DNA of 64,000 nucleotides from a virus (taxonomy: Duplodnaviria; Caudoviricetes). This document shows positions 14,686 to 25,145 of this stretch, one piece after another. Each line of letters starts with the position of its first letter. Position 1 is the stretch's first letter. The notes under the pieces are model-generated. The model was given only the letters and a program-made list of their open reading frames with translations. It made no database searches and was not told the DNA's origin. Location of the stretch: IMG/VR virus record IMGVR_UViG_3300020577_007794; one strand, given 5' to 3'. Made by a program: the position numbers and the translations under genes.

Positions 14686-17600
14686 ATGGATATTTTCGAC
14701 CCAACAGCACTACCGCCAGATCTTAGAAGAAAGCTTCAGAAAGCAAAAGAAGATCCCAGGTTTTTTACAGAAAACTTTTTAACGGACCCAAATTCCGATA
14801 AGGGGGAAAAACTTTTCCAAGCAAATACCCCTCAAAAAGAAATATTTGCGTCTAAAAAGTTAAGTACCTGGATCTGTGTTCACCGTCGAGCTGGTAAAGA
14901 GCTCCCGCACTACGAAGTAGTTTACACGCCCAGTGGCCCCGTAAAAGTTGGTGAGTTAAACGTCGGGGATAGAGTCTGTATTCCTTCTGGAGGAACTGCA
15001 GAGATAATTGATATCACAGAACCAAATCTTTCTGAAGTTTGGCGGCTTACCTTATCAGACAATACCCACATTGACTGCAACAAAGAGCACGAATGGTTTG
15101 TATTTCTCCCAGAAAGATCTGAAAGTGTTACAGTAACCACAAAACAACTCTCAGAGATTCTGAAAGAGACCCCTGCCCGAATTTACAACGTAAAACCTGC
15201 TTTTGGTGATGAGCGTGATCTAAAAATTGATCCCTATAAATTCGCTTTCACAGCTAAAGGGTTCATTCCCCAGGATTACTTATACAGTTCAGTCAATCAA
15301 AGAGCACTTCTCTTGAAGGGGTTCGTGGATGCCCAGTCCGCCAAGGTTGTTGATGACAGACTTAACCTTAAATTTCACTGTAGCAGATTATCCTGGTCAG
15401 TAGCAGAATTGGCTAGAACTCTGGGTGCTGTGGTGTTTGTAAAGGGTGGGGATTTGGAAATAATTCTTCCAAAAGATCTTCCAGGATTTTCAGGGGTTGG
15501 TAAAAAAGTACTTTTTAGGGATGTTGTATCCGTAGAAAGGACTAGAAACGAAACAGTAATGAGCTGTATTACTGTTGACCACAAAGATCACCTTTTTATT
15601 ACAAGCGGGCATACACCAACACACAACTGCCTAACTTACGATAACTATGTTCTAAATCCAGAAACTCTGCGGCCTATTAGAATAAACGAAGCGGAGAACT
15701 TTGAAAAAACCTTAGCTTTTGACTTTGATACCAATAAAGTTGAGGAAACTGAGTGTTCGTGGAACTTTAATGGGGTTAAGACCTGTGTCAAACTGTATTT
15801 GGGGACAGGTGTCGCAATAGGTTTATCTACAGATCACGAAATTTTTGAGCATAAAAAGGGTTGGATCCCTGCTGGGGAACTAAAAATAGGCGATAAAATT
15901 CTAGCCCCGTCAAAAATGCCTTGTGGTGTAGAGGAGGCAGGGGAAGGAAGCTGCAGCCTGTTTGCAAAGATAACAATGCAGGATGACCGAGTACCTGACG
16001 AAGTTTTCAAGTTGAATGAGAAATCTCTCAGCCTCTACCTTAAAGAATTATTTGGGGTGTTTGGGAAGGTTCTTTCTAGGCGGTGTGAGTACAGACTTCT
16101 CAAAAAATCATTAGCTTTTGACGTTCAACATCTTCTTCTAAGGCTCGGTATTGAATCCAGGGTTGATAAGTGCGGTATTCTCAACATAGAGAATTCAATA
16201 GATACTAATACCTTCCTAGTTAAAGTACTTAACTTAGATGTTCCACTCCTAGATGTAAGATCTTCAAGGCGTTGGGAAATCGTAGTGGATATCCAGAATT
16301 TGGGTAGCAGGAAGGTTTTTGACCTCTCTGTCTTCCACCCAGACTTTAACTTTATCAGCAACAACACAGTTGTTCATAATTCCTACTCCTTTACTGCATT
16401 GGCTTTATGGTACGCAGTAACCCAAGAAAATAAGCAAATTATCATCTTTTTCCCTGGTACTAAGCAGGAAAAAGAATTCTTTGACATTATTGACAAGTGG
16501 ATTAACGTAAATGAACTGCTTCAGGCTTTCAAGTCTCCCACAGGCAACACAAAAGATCCTCAACAACGATCCTTCATAACAGGCACCACAATAACTGGGC
16601 AGATCCTATCCGGTACAACTATCCGAGGTTTGACGGCAGATATTGTTTTTGTTGACGAGGCTCAGGAGCTTGATGAGGATGATTGGAGACAGGTTGACCC
16701 TATTATTCTTGGTGACTTTACCAGAAGAGGGAAGGTCAAAGCTTGGATTGCTGGCACCCTTTACGCCCCAGAAGGAAAGTATTACGAAACAATTAGAGAC
16801 TTCAAGAATTCTGGTAAGAAGCCACCTAATTCTGATGTTATTTTCCTTCCAATAACACAAAACGCAGACTACCTTCCTGAAGACATTGAGGAAATGCAAG
16901 CTAAGGTAACTCCAGGAAGCTGGAGAACTGAATACCTTCTTGAAGTTGGTGATGCGGATACCTCAGTTTTCTCGGTAGATACACTTAACGATGCTTTCTT
17001 CCAGGACTACGAACCTGGACCCCATATGATTAGGGAGAATTGTGTAAGGTTTCTCACTATTGACTGGGATAAGTATCAGTGTGGAACCAACATACTAATC
17101 ACACAATACGACCCTAATTCCAAGACCCTTGAACTTCTTCATCATGAAGAGGTAAAAGACCCAATATTTACATATATCACAGCTGTAAACCGCGCTGTAG
17201 CACTATGGCAGGAATTTAGATGCAGACTTCTGATAGCTGATAAGGGTGCTGGTGAAGGACAGCTTGAAATGTTGATGGAAGCTGGGATGAAAAATCCTGG
17301 AATTGAACTTCTAGAAAACATAGTTCCAGTCTCTTACAGACAGAATGTAGAACTGCAAGACCCCAATTCCGAAGAGGTTTTGAAGGAGAACATAAAGTCC
17401 TTCCTGGTGGGTAGATTAAAACTTAAATTACAGAGAAATCAAGTTAGAATCCCGCACCACAAGAAAGAGATATATGACCAATTTCTCGGGTTTAAGGTTG
17501 TTAAACAGACGGATAACACTGTAACATATAGCAAAAAGAACGAACACATTGTTGACTGTTTCTTGTTCGCTGTGTACGGTGTTCACCTTATGTACGAAGA

Positions 17601-17772
17601 TGAGTTCTTGGATTACCATGATGCTTCGATGAGTGGTGAAATAATGACCTATTCTCACCAACCTGCTCTTCACAGAGGTTTCGAGGTGATAGAGGATGAT
17701 GATGGTAATGTTATGTCCTCTTTCCCCCTTAGAAGCAATATAAATGTACCCTATAGAAGGAGTCTGTTTTAA
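14686..17772 (+). CDS. terL: terminase large subunit with two tandem inteins
   Basis: Walker A HRRAGK/S split by the inteins, IRGLTADIVFVDEAQ (Walker B), LTIDWD and EHIVDC (RNase H-type nuclease); spliced product about 534 aa. Confidence 0.93.
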   Translation: MDIFDPTALPPDLRRKLQKAKEDPRFFTENFLTDPNSDKGEKLFQANTPQKEIFASKKLSTWICVHRRAGKELPHYEVVYTPSGPVKVGELNVGDRVCIPSGGTAEIIDITEPNLSEVWRLTLSDNTHIDCNKEHEWFVFLPERSESVTVTTKQLSEILKETPARIYNVKPAFGDERDLKIDPYKFAFTAKGFIPQDYLYSSVNQRALLLKGFVDAQSAKVVDDRLNLKFHCSRLSWSVAELARTLGAVVFVKGGDLEIILPKDLPGFSGVGKKVLFRDVVSVERTRNETVMSCITVDHKDHLFITSGHTPTHNCLTYDNYVLNPETLRPIRINEAENFEKTLAFDFDTNKVEETECSWNFNGVKTCVKLYLGTGVAIGLSTDHEIFEHKKGWIPAGELKIGDKILAPSKMPCGVEEAGEGSCSLFAKITMQDDRVPDEVFKLNEKSLSLYLKELFGVFGKVLSRRCEYRLLKKSLAFDVQHLLLRLGIESRVDKCGILNIENSIDTNTFLVKVLNLDVPLLDVRSSRRWEIVVDIQNLGSRKVFDLSVFHPDFNFISNNTVVHNSYSFTALALWYAVTQENKQIIIFFPGTKQEKEFFDIIDKWINVNELLQAFKSPTGNTKDPQQRSFITGTTITGQILSGTTIRGLTADIVFVDEAQELDEDDWRQVDPIILGDFTRRGKVKAWIAGTLYAPEGKYYETIRDFKNSGKKPPNSDVIFLPITQNADYLPEDIEEMQAKVTPGSWRTEYLLEVGDADTSVFSVDTLNDAFFQDYEPGPHMIRENCVRFLTIDWDKYQCGTNILITQYDPNSKTLELLHHEEVKDPIFTYITAVNRAVALWQEFRCRLLIADKGAGEGQLEMLMEAGMKNPGIELLENIVPVSYRQNVELQDPNSEEVLKENIKSFLVGRLKLKLQRNQVRIPHHKKEIYDQFLGFKVVKQTDNTVTYSKKNEHIVDCFLFAVYGVHLMYEDEFLDYHDASMSGEIMTYSHQPALHRGFEVIEDDDGNVMSSFPLRSNINVPYRRSLF
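14899..15627 (+). mobile_element. class 3 intein (243 aa, Glu at position 1) with degenerate LAGLIDADG domain
   Basis: ELPHYEVVYTPSG start, block B HEW, block F SCITV, THN end (WCT triplet). Confidence 0.88.
15628..16380 (+). mobile_element. class 1 intein (251 aa) with degenerate LAGLIDADG domain
   Basis: CLTYDN start, STDHEIF block B, VFDLSV block F, VVHN/S end. Confidence 0.92.
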
Positions 17773-19043
17773 TGTCAAGCCTATTCTCTAAACTTATAGA
17801 TCAAAGGGAGATCAAGAAGCATGTTGATCAAAGTCTAAGTGGGTCTAACGATCAGACACTGCCACAGATCACTATAAAAGAGGCTATATTACGAGGTAGG
17901 ATAAAACCCACTGATACAGTTCAACGAGTCCAAGATAATCTAGACTTTGCTGCGTCTGCTCAAAGACAGATAGAGTTGATCATAAATGAGGTTACACAAA
18001 CTAACTCTACAAACCCAGTTTACACTGCATATTTTAACGCAGTAAAACTGGCCAACTTTAATCCAGCAGAGATGTTGTCTGGGGGTACACCTCCACCCCC
18101 CCTTCCACCTGCAAATGCATTGAAGGTTGTAGAGAGGGCTGTTTTTAGAACTCAAACCGATCCTAGGGCTATCCTTGTAAAGGATTTGTACAGGACACAG
18201 GCACAGGCTGGCGTTGTTCAATATGTTTATGACAGAACTTGGTCAAAAGCAGCCGCCCCTAACAATCTGTTTTCTGAGATTCCAACTTCTTCGCTAAGCA
18301 ATCTTCTTTTCTCTAAGGATAAGCAATTTGTAGAACTGGCCCTTTCTCAGGCAAAAACTATAGGTGAGTTGACTGTTCCAGGATTAACAGAGGGTTTCTT
18401 TGACAATATAGCAGAGATGATATATGCGACCACCAATTCTGTTCAACAACTTGGTGCTCAAATTGATTTTCTCTCCCAAGGTAGGATAAATGATCAGTTC
18501 GATCAATATTATTCTTTAGACCAATCTGTTGAAACTATCCTTGGCAGTATGGTTGATTACTCCTACTATAAAATGATTTCAGCTAAAGAAGCTGCAATCT
18601 ATTTTGGTGTCTCACCCTCCCTTCTTAGAAGTACAGATAACCTAGAGCTTCTGTCAAATCCTGTAAAACCTGTACAAGAACTTTACACTTTCAGAAAAGA
18701 AATAGATGAAAGGCTTTTAAACAGCTTGAGAAGAGTTGAGGAAGAACTTTTGACTTTAGAGGGCAAAGTGATTCAGGTTTTTGAAGTAAGAGCTGAAATC
18801 ATAAATACAATCAACAGAGCTTGGGTTATAAAGGATATGGTGTCAGCAGCCAGCTCATTTTCCAACTTCACTAACCTTGATTTTTCAAATCCTGAAAAAG
18901 TTGCAAACAGCCTCCTGCATGTGGTTGATAGGGTTAGAAGTGCTATTTCGTTGTCTAGGAAAATCAAAGTTCCCACATTCTCAGAAAAAGAAATATCTGC
19001 AGCTGATGCGTTAAATAAGTGGTCGTTCAGCATAAAAAACTAA
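17772..19043 (+). CDS. hypothetical virion-module protein
   Basis: 423-aa ORF coupled to TerL. Confidence 0.7.
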   Translation: MSSLFSKLIDQREIKKHVDQSLSGSNDQTLPQITIKEAILRGRIKPTDTVQRVQDNLDFAASAQRQIELIINEVTQTNSTNPVYTAYFNAVKLANFNPAEMLSGGTPPPPLPPANALKVVERAVFRTQTDPRAILVKDLYRTQAQAGVVQYVYDRTWSKAAAPNNLFSEIPTSSLSNLLFSKDKQFVELALSQAKTIGELTVPGLTEGFFDNIAEMIYATTNSVQQLGAQIDFLSQGRINDQFDQYYSLDQSVETILGSMVDYSYYKMISAKEAAIYFGVSPSLLRSTDNLELLSNPVKPVQELYTFRKEIDERLLNSLRRVEEELLTLEGKVIQVFEVRAEIINTINRAWVIKDMVSAASSFSNFTNLDFSNPEKVANSLLHVVDRVRSAISLSRKIKVPTFSEKEISAADALNKWSFSIKN

Positions 19044-19044
19044 C

Positions 19045-19542
19045 ATGAAAAATTTACTAATAAAATTCTTTAGAAAATGTTTAACCCATCTCCTAAGATC
19101 AGAGTGGGAATTAGAACACAAAAAGAGGGTAGAGATCGTGGGTAATGTGTTGTACAAGAACGCAGCAGACCTTTTGAATTATGGAAGGGAGGTTGATGAC
19201 CACCAATCAATACAGGTTATCGAGAGTGCTTCTTTTAACTATTTTTCGTTTAAAGACTCTACTATACCTAAGTTTGATTTTGTTTTGAGCAATACACCGC
19301 TCTATATTATTGTAGGAACCCCATTCAATTCTTCCAAATCTACGGCCATAAACTACGGTATTACAGAAGAAGAATGGGCTGAGAACATAAATAAGATAGC
19401 TATAATCAAAACAGCTTTACCTAAACTAGAACAAATCAACTTACCCGCTGCAGCTAAATTTCTCTTTTTAGATTGGGACAATCCAGTCTCTGAGGAAATT
19501 GTCTACTTGAAACTCGTTGATATGCTCGTTGACCAACACTAA
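19045..19542 (+). CDS. hypothetical protein
   Basis: 165-aa ORF in the operon. Confidence 0.65.
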   Translation: MKNLLIKFFRKCLTHLLRSEWELEHKKRVEIVGNVLYKNAADLLNYGREVDDHQSIQVIESASFNYFSFKDSTIPKFDFVLSNTPLYIIVGTPFNSSKSTAINYGITEEEWAENINKIAIIKTALPKLEQINLPAAAKFLFLDWDNPVSEEIVYLKLVDMLVDQH

Positions 19543-19559
19543 TTTATTAAGCCAGGGAT

Positions 19560-21194
19560 ATGATAGAAAGAATTTACTCAAACAATACGGGCTTTACTCC
19601 CCCAAAAAAGACCGCTAGCTCTCCAACAACTATAAAGGCAGCAGCTAATCCGCTAGAATCAGAGACGGATTACGCTAGAGTTTTTGATTCTTTCTCAAAG
19701 AAAGATGGGCAGCTTAAGCGGGCTATTGGTATGGCTATCAACGCCTACATGGTTGATGGGTTTATCCGAAACGCAGTTGATAGACACGCAGAGCTTTTTA
19801 AGGACTTTGAACTTCAAGGTGAACCTGAAGTTGTTAGATATGTTCAAAAAAGACTTTCTGTTATGAGTCTTAGATCTGGTGAACACTGGAAAACCACCTT
19901 CTCCAGATATATAAACGAGTATTTCAAGCACGGTAATCCCTTTATCTTAAAAGTAAGAGATAGTGAGCAGAACCTAGGTTCTATACCTATGTTTGCAGAT
20001 AGACCCTTTCCAATATCTGCTATGTTTGTTATTTCTCCTGAAAAATTAGAACCTGTTATCAAAGGTCAGCGATTTCTTGGATGGTCTGTTCAGGGCAGAG
20101 AGAAAGAGGGATTAAATATAACAAAAGGAAAACCCCTAACTAACACCTCTAAATCTCTGGTTATTATGAACACAGATAAAGATTTGCCAGGTGTTCTTTA
20201 CCCAGGGATGGATATCCTCCACACAGCTTACAAGAAACCAAGCGATGCCCATTATGGAGTCGGACTTACTTTTGCTGCTTTAGAGGATGTAGCACTGCTT
20301 AGAAACGTAGAACACACAATAGCTGTGATGATCAAAAAGAACTCTATGCCTATTTTGTGGCATAAAATTACCAGACCTGGATATCCTGGTAATATTCAGA
20401 GTGATATCAATCAAGCTGTGCGACTTCACGAAACAATGTCTCCTGATGGTGTAATTGTCACACCTTCAACACATGAACTCAAATTTCTTGGCTCAGAGAG
20501 CCTTGCAATGAGAAATGAAGGGTATCTTAAATACTTTGCATACAGAAGCTTTGCAAGTATGGGCGTTTCTCCATTTCTTATGGGATTTGAAGCTGCTTCC
20601 ATGGGCGCAGTAGATGCTGCCATGGAAATCTTGATGCAGAGAATTAGATTCTGTCAAGAAGAACTTTCTCGAGATATAGAAATGTTTCTTCTTAACGAAC
20701 TTCTGTGGGAGGGGGGCTTCGATCCATTTAATAATGAAAAACACGTAGTTAAATTCGTTGTTAAAGATATTGACGAAGCTAGAAGAATCAAACTTCAAAA
20801 CCATTTCTCCGATCTTTACAACAAAAATATACTTACTTTTGAAGAAAGTAGATCTAATTCTGGTTTCTTTGGCGAGGTTAGCGATGAAGACCTCTATTTG
20901 AACAGGGTGACCTTACCCATAGAAAGGGAAAAGGCTAAAGCTAAGGCAGAAGCCAATCCATTATCCGGTTCAAGTACCACCAAGAAACCAAAGTTGTCTA
21001 AAGAGTTCCTAGCAGAGATTTCTCCTTTAACGGAGACGGATCTGGTGGACTTTGTAGACCTTTGTTTTACTAAATTTGGGCTTGATCTAACACCTTACTA
21101 CTTGGAGATGAAAAATCTTCTACACGACGAGATTGCTCTTGTAGAGTACATCTTTTCTAAGGCGCAAGACCAAAATGGCAGTACACAACAATAA
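19560..21194 (+). CDS. portal protein
   Basis: Follows TerL; EYFKHGNPFILK, ILHTAYKKP...YGVG, MGVSPFLMG and GILT-like NILTFEESR portal-type motifs. Confidence 0.85.
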   Translation: MIERIYSNNTGFTPPKKTASSPTTIKAAANPLESETDYARVFDSFSKKDGQLKRAIGMAINAYMVDGFIRNAVDRHAELFKDFELQGEPEVVRYVQKRLSVMSLRSGEHWKTTFSRYINEYFKHGNPFILKVRDSEQNLGSIPMFADRPFPISAMFVISPEKLEPVIKGQRFLGWSVQGREKEGLNITKGKPLTNTSKSLVIMNTDKDLPGVLYPGMDILHTAYKKPSDAHYGVGLTFAALEDVALLRNVEHTIAVMIKKNSMPILWHKITRPGYPGNIQSDINQAVRLHETMSPDGVIVTPSTHELKFLGSESLAMRNEGYLKYFAYRSFASMGVSPFLMGFEAASMGAVDAAMEILMQRIRFCQEELSRDIEMFLLNELLWEGGFDPFNNEKHVVKFVVKDIDEARRIKLQNHFSDLYNKNILTFEESRSNSGFFGEVSDEDLYLNRVTLPIEREKAKAKAEANPLSGSSTTKKPKLSKEFLAEISPLTETDLVDFVDLCFTKFGLDLTPYYLEMKNLLHDEIALVEYIFSKAQDQNGSTQQ

Positions 21195-21777
21195 TAATGA
21201 TTTCTGGTCGGTAATCATCCAGTTAATAACTGGTGGCAGTTTAGTCGCTCTCTTAAGGGCTGGTATAGACATTATATCAACCTTAAGGGAAAAAGGTCCT
21301 GTTAATGTCTTTAAAAACATTTCCCAGATCTATGATGAGCTTTCAAGTTTGAAGCGTAACCTAAATTGTGATAGGATTCACATTTCATACACCTCTAATG
21401 GCGGTGGTGTCCCCTCACCGGGGGTTCAATTGTACACAACAGTTTTGTATGAAGTTTATTCAGATGATTTGGTATCCCTAAGAGAACGAATTCAAAATCT
21501 CCGTATAGATGAAGCCTACTCACGTATGCTGGTCCAAGTAATTGCTTTGGATACGTGGGAAAGCAGAGTTGCGAAGATGGAGAAGGGATTTTTCAAAGAT
21601 ATTTGCCTTGCTAATCACATTTCATTTGTGAAAAAACAAAAAATCAAGGTGTCTAAAAATAAGTTTTTCTATCTCAGCTGCATATGGAATGAGGGATCAG
21701 TTATTCCAACCAAAGAAGCAATAGATTCAGAAATTTTCTTACTAAGCACCAAATTGAGGGGTTTATTGAAGAAATGA
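21175..21777 (+). CDS. putative holin (single N-terminal TM plus GAF-like domain, T4 gp t-like architecture)
   Basis: Hydrophobic N-terminal helix; LNCDRIHISYTSNGG pattern. Confidence 0.45.
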   Translation: MAVHNNNNDFWSVIIQLITGGSLVALLRAGIDIISTLREKGPVNVFKNISQIYDELSSLKRNLNCDRIHISYTSNGGGVPSPGVQLYTTVLYEVYSDDLVSLRERIQNLRIDEAYSRMLVQVIALDTWESRVAKMEKGFFKDICLANHISFVKKQKIKVSKNKFFYLSCIWNEGSVIPTKEAIDSEIFLLSTKLRGLLKK

Positions 21778-22040
21778 ACACAAAAAAGAATAAAAAGTTA
21801 ATTATGTTTTTTGTTGATGCAGCATTGTATGTTGTAATCACAGGACTTACTTTTGTTTATGCCCATGAAGGGGTTTTTGATTTTAAATTTTGGATTGGCT
21901 TATCAACTGTATCTGCTGTAGCTTTAAAGGCTAAGTTATCAGGTGGTAAGGAAAGTTTAGTTTCTATCAACCCTAATACAGGAATTGTCGAAGTAGAAGC
22001 TTCGTTAAAGGACGAAGATAAGAAAGAAGGAGAAGAATAA
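21774..22040 (+). CDS. small 2-TM membrane protein (holin-like)
   Basis: Basic N-terminus, two TM helices, charged tail. Confidence 0.5.
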   Translation: MNTKKNKKLIMFFVDAALYVVITGLTFVYAHEGVFDFKFWIGLSTVSAVALKAKLSGGKESLVSINPNTGIVEVEASLKDEDKKEGEE

Positions 22041-22042
22041 TA

Positions 22043-22342
22043 ATGCCAACAGTACGACTAGGTGGTCACGGTTTTGGATTGAGAAGTAGTATAAATGCCC
22101 TAGGACATGGTAACGCTAGGTTAATAACTGCTGGGGTCATGGGTGGTGCAGCTTTAATGGGCGGTGCTTCATCCATGCAGAGATTGCGGGAACAGCGGTA
22201 CGGAAGTGCAGCTCTTAGTGCAGGTCTAGCTGCAGGAGCTGGTTATGTAGGTTACATGGCTGCTTTTCAAAAACAAGCCTTTAGAGCCAATCTGCGTAAC
22301 ATGGGATCTTTCGCAGCCAGAGTATACAACAGTGTTTGGTAA
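22043..22342 (+). CDS. Gly/Ala-rich small protein
   Basis: Two Gly/Ala hydrophobic helices. Confidence 0.6.
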   Translation: MPTVRLGGHGFGLRSSINALGHGNARLITAGVMGGAALMGGASSMQRLREQRYGSAALSAGLAAGAGYVGYMAAFQKQAFRANLRNMGSFAARVYNSVW

Positions 22343-22357
22343 ATAATATTGAATAGT

Positions 22358-23896
22358 ATGTTTTATTTCAAAGAATCCATAACACTTTCAGTAGATAATA
22401 GACCTGATGTAGAAGACGGTCAACCTATCTCTGAAAGTGTGGTGGCGGGGAACATACCTCTAAAGAATATTAGAGCGGTGTATCCTCTTGTTAGGGCCAT
22501 GCACTCTAACAAAGTTACAGGCAATAGCACCCTGTATTTGCCAGAAACCTTAATAGGAAGCAAGAAAAAGCAGAACCCCACTGGATACTGCAGCTTTGTA
22601 ACACCCTACGCTAAGCCTGTTATACGGGAACATAATCTTCAAGGAGATATGTTCAACCCCGCAGACACGCCCATGGGTAGGATTATCTGTGCTGCCTATT
22701 CACGAAAGAAAATGGAGGAATTAGTTCCTTCAGAGACAGGTATTGGCTTCTTAGAGGGGGATGGATGTATGAAATTCGTACTTTCTATCACAGAAGCAGA
22801 AGCTATCAACAGAGTTATGGGAGGACAGTACCACACTGTTTCTATAGGTTCTATTGTTGACAGCGTTATCGAATCAATTAGTGGACAAGACCTGATTCAA
22901 CTTAGGAAGCAAGGTAAAGAGATGCCTCCTTATGAAAAAGGTTCCTATTACGAGGTTGATGGGAAATCCAGGCTCTGCTACTGGACTATGAAAGGTATGC
23001 GTGGCAGAGAAATCTCCTTTGTCAACAACCCTTCAGATATCCATGCAGGGGTCGAAGATACTGACATTGGGGAGAACGGAATCAGTCTTCTTTTGGGTGA
23101 AAAACCTGTGGGAAGAAAGGAATTTGTGTTCTACGACATTAAGACTGAGCAAAAAGTCCTAGAGATGACACAAGAAGAATTTTTTGCTTTTGCTCCAGGT
23201 GTCCCCCTTATTGATTCAACTAAGATTAAAGAATACTACTGGTTTGACAGCAATGACCAAGCAGTAGCAGAAAGTTTGGATGCAGATTCTTGGGTAGTAG
23301 CTACAGAGTCTGAGAAACCCACCGAAACTGACGAACCTAAATTTAAGAAAGGTGAAATAGTTAGTTGGGAAATTAACGGTGAAACGAGATTTGGAAGGAT
23401 TTCTGTACTCAAATTAGACTCCGCCGTGATCAGGCCTCTATCTTTAATCAAGAATAAGGATATCAAAGAAGCAAGTTTTCTTTATAACTCAAGACTGGAA
23501 AAGCTTCTTCCAAGTACAGAAGAAGAGCTAATCAAATGTCTCACTGAAGAAGAAAAACCAAAAGAAGAAAGTAAGACAACACAGCCTCTGGAGACTGATA
23601 AGTTTATTGGAGAGTCTGTGAAAAATCTTTGCATTAGTGAACTGGATTCATTAAAAACCTTCTTTTTAGAGAATCTTTTTGTTAATAAGACTAACAAAGA
23701 AAAGATTGCTCCTCTATTAGTGTTGAAAGAAAAAAATACTTGGACTATTTCTGATTATGAAATAGCCTACTCTTTCAAAAAAGCCAGTGAAAAGTTAAAA
23801 GAAGACACTGACAGAATTCTCTGGGGTCTCCGACCGATGAGTACTGTGGAAATGAGAGTTTCCAAAATAATTTCCGAGGTTATTAATGGCGAATAA
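22358..23896 (+). CDS. prohead maturation protease with C-terminal extension
   Basis: KPVIREHN, PMGRI, YHTVSIGS and EISFVNNPSD (HK97/herpes-type protease His/Ser pattern); lies between portal and MCP. Confidence 0.75.
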   Translation: MFYFKESITLSVDNRPDVEDGQPISESVVAGNIPLKNIRAVYPLVRAMHSNKVTGNSTLYLPETLIGSKKKQNPTGYCSFVTPYAKPVIREHNLQGDMFNPADTPMGRIICAAYSRKKMEELVPSETGIGFLEGDGCMKFVLSITEAEAINRVMGGQYHTVSIGSIVDSVIESISGQDLIQLRKQGKEMPPYEKGSYYEVDGKSRLCYWTMKGMRGREISFVNNPSDIHAGVEDTDIGENGISLLLGEKPVGRKEFVFYDIKTEQKVLEMTQEEFFAFAPGVPLIDSTKIKEYYWFDSNDQAVAESLDADSWVVATESEKPTETDEPKFKKGEIVSWEINGETRFGRISVLKLDSAVIRPLSLIKNKDIKEASFLYNSRLEKLLPSTEEELIKCLTEEEKPKEESKTTQPLETDKFIGESVKNLCISELDSLKTFFLENLFVNKTNKEKIAPLLVLKEKNTWTISDYEIAYSFKKASEKLKEDTDRILWGLRPMSTVEMRVSKIISEVINGE

Positions 23897-25139
23897 ATCA
23901 CAGAATAATCCAGAACTGATAAAGCAGGTTTTGGAGGATGTTTCTAAAATTAAAGATATTGCCAACAAGTTGTCTGAGGTTGGAGATGAGGGTGAAGAAC
24001 TATTTAAGACCAGTCTTAATGAGCAGATTAATTCTGCCATAACTGAGTTTACAGGTTCTGATCAACTTATAGAACAAATCTCTGGCGGTGAACCACCGTC
24101 TGCAACAGTTCTCAATATTGAAGCTTTTACCAAGTGTCAAGATTCCGTCACTGAATGGTTGGGAGAATGGAACAAGGAGTCTGCAAAGGCTGCTGTTGGT
24201 CTGTATCTCTTAATGGGTGAAAAGTTTGAGCTTTCGGCTGAAGAGTTGGAAACTAAATGCACTGTAGGTGAACTCTTCAACTACGAAGGAGAAGGTGCAG
24301 ATCTTGAGACTAAGTACACCAAGAAGGTTCGAGAAGGTCTTCCTGATACCGTTTTCTGCGGCGAAGGCAAAACAATCCCTGTAACTGACAAAGTTGAAGC
24401 AATTAATGCTTTTCTGCTTGCTCCTAAAGAGTCTGACTCTATTTTAGAGAGTATTAGTGAAAAAGCTGCTAATTTCGGTGTGTTCTCTGAAGGAGATAAG
24501 GTTGTTTTTGCACCTATAATCATCGAAGGTAGTACACCTTTCTTACCAATTAAGATTTCGAGTGTAGACGAAGCTAAGGAAAATCTAGAAAATCTTGATC
24601 TAATTGCTAAGTCTTACGGCCTATCGAAAGAAGACAGAACTTCAGTTCAAACCTTCATTCAAGAGGCTATTGATAGAGGTGAAGAGTACTTCAATAGAAC
24701 CTCCCCTCTATTAGAGTACGAGAGCGATTTTTCAAATCCTCTCCGACTAGGTAACGAATTTCTTTTTGAGTATTTCAAGAGACACGAGTTCTCAGATCCT
24801 TCTAAGGAATATCTGGCTCAGATTGTCGGTATGGTACGAAAAGAGAAAGTCTCTCTAGAGACAATTCAGGAGGCTGGAAAGCCATACAACGTTTTCGGTG
24901 TATCAGTGCTTAAAAGTCTTTTGCTAGCCCCCGTAGAGGATTCAAGTAAAAATGAATCAACCCCACAAGAGCAGTCAACTCCAGGCAGCCTTGAGCATGT
25001 GGACAACCCAATCCCAATCTCTACCGAAGAAGAAAAACCTTCAGTAGATGTTAAGAAAGGGCAGGAGGCAATCAGGACAGCAGAACTCTTTGTTAAGAGG
25101 AGTGCTGATAAGAAACCCCCAACTAGGAGAAACAAGTAA
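23886..25139 (+). CDS. acidic putative scaffold/head protein
   Basis: Very acidic and helical; lies between the protease and capsid genes. Confidence 0.5.
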   Translation: MANKSQNNPELIKQVLEDVSKIKDIANKLSEVGDEGEELFKTSLNEQINSAITEFTGSDQLIEQISGGEPPSATVLNIEAFTKCQDSVTEWLGEWNKESAKAAVGLYLLMGEKFELSAEELETKCTVGELFNYEGEGADLETKYTKKVREGLPDTVFCGEGKTIPVTDKVEAINAFLLAPKESDSILESISEKAANFGVFSEGDKVVFAPIIIEGSTPFLPIKISSVDEAKENLENLDLIAKSYGLSKEDRTSVQTFIQEAIDRGEEYFNRTSPLLEYESDFSNPLRLGNEFLFEYFKRHEFSDPSKEYLAQIVGMVRKEKVSLETIQEAGKPYNVFGVSVLKSLLLAPVEDSSKNESTPQEQSTPGSLEHVDNPIPISTEEEKPSVDVKKGQEAIRTAELFVKRSADKKPPTRRNK

Positions 25140-25145
25140 CAAAAA

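Noticed and set aside
19045-19542. Vsr/DUF559-like endonuclease (KFDFVLSNTPLYIIVG)
   Set aside because: The expected catalytic Glu and His are missing; the resemblance is too weak to call
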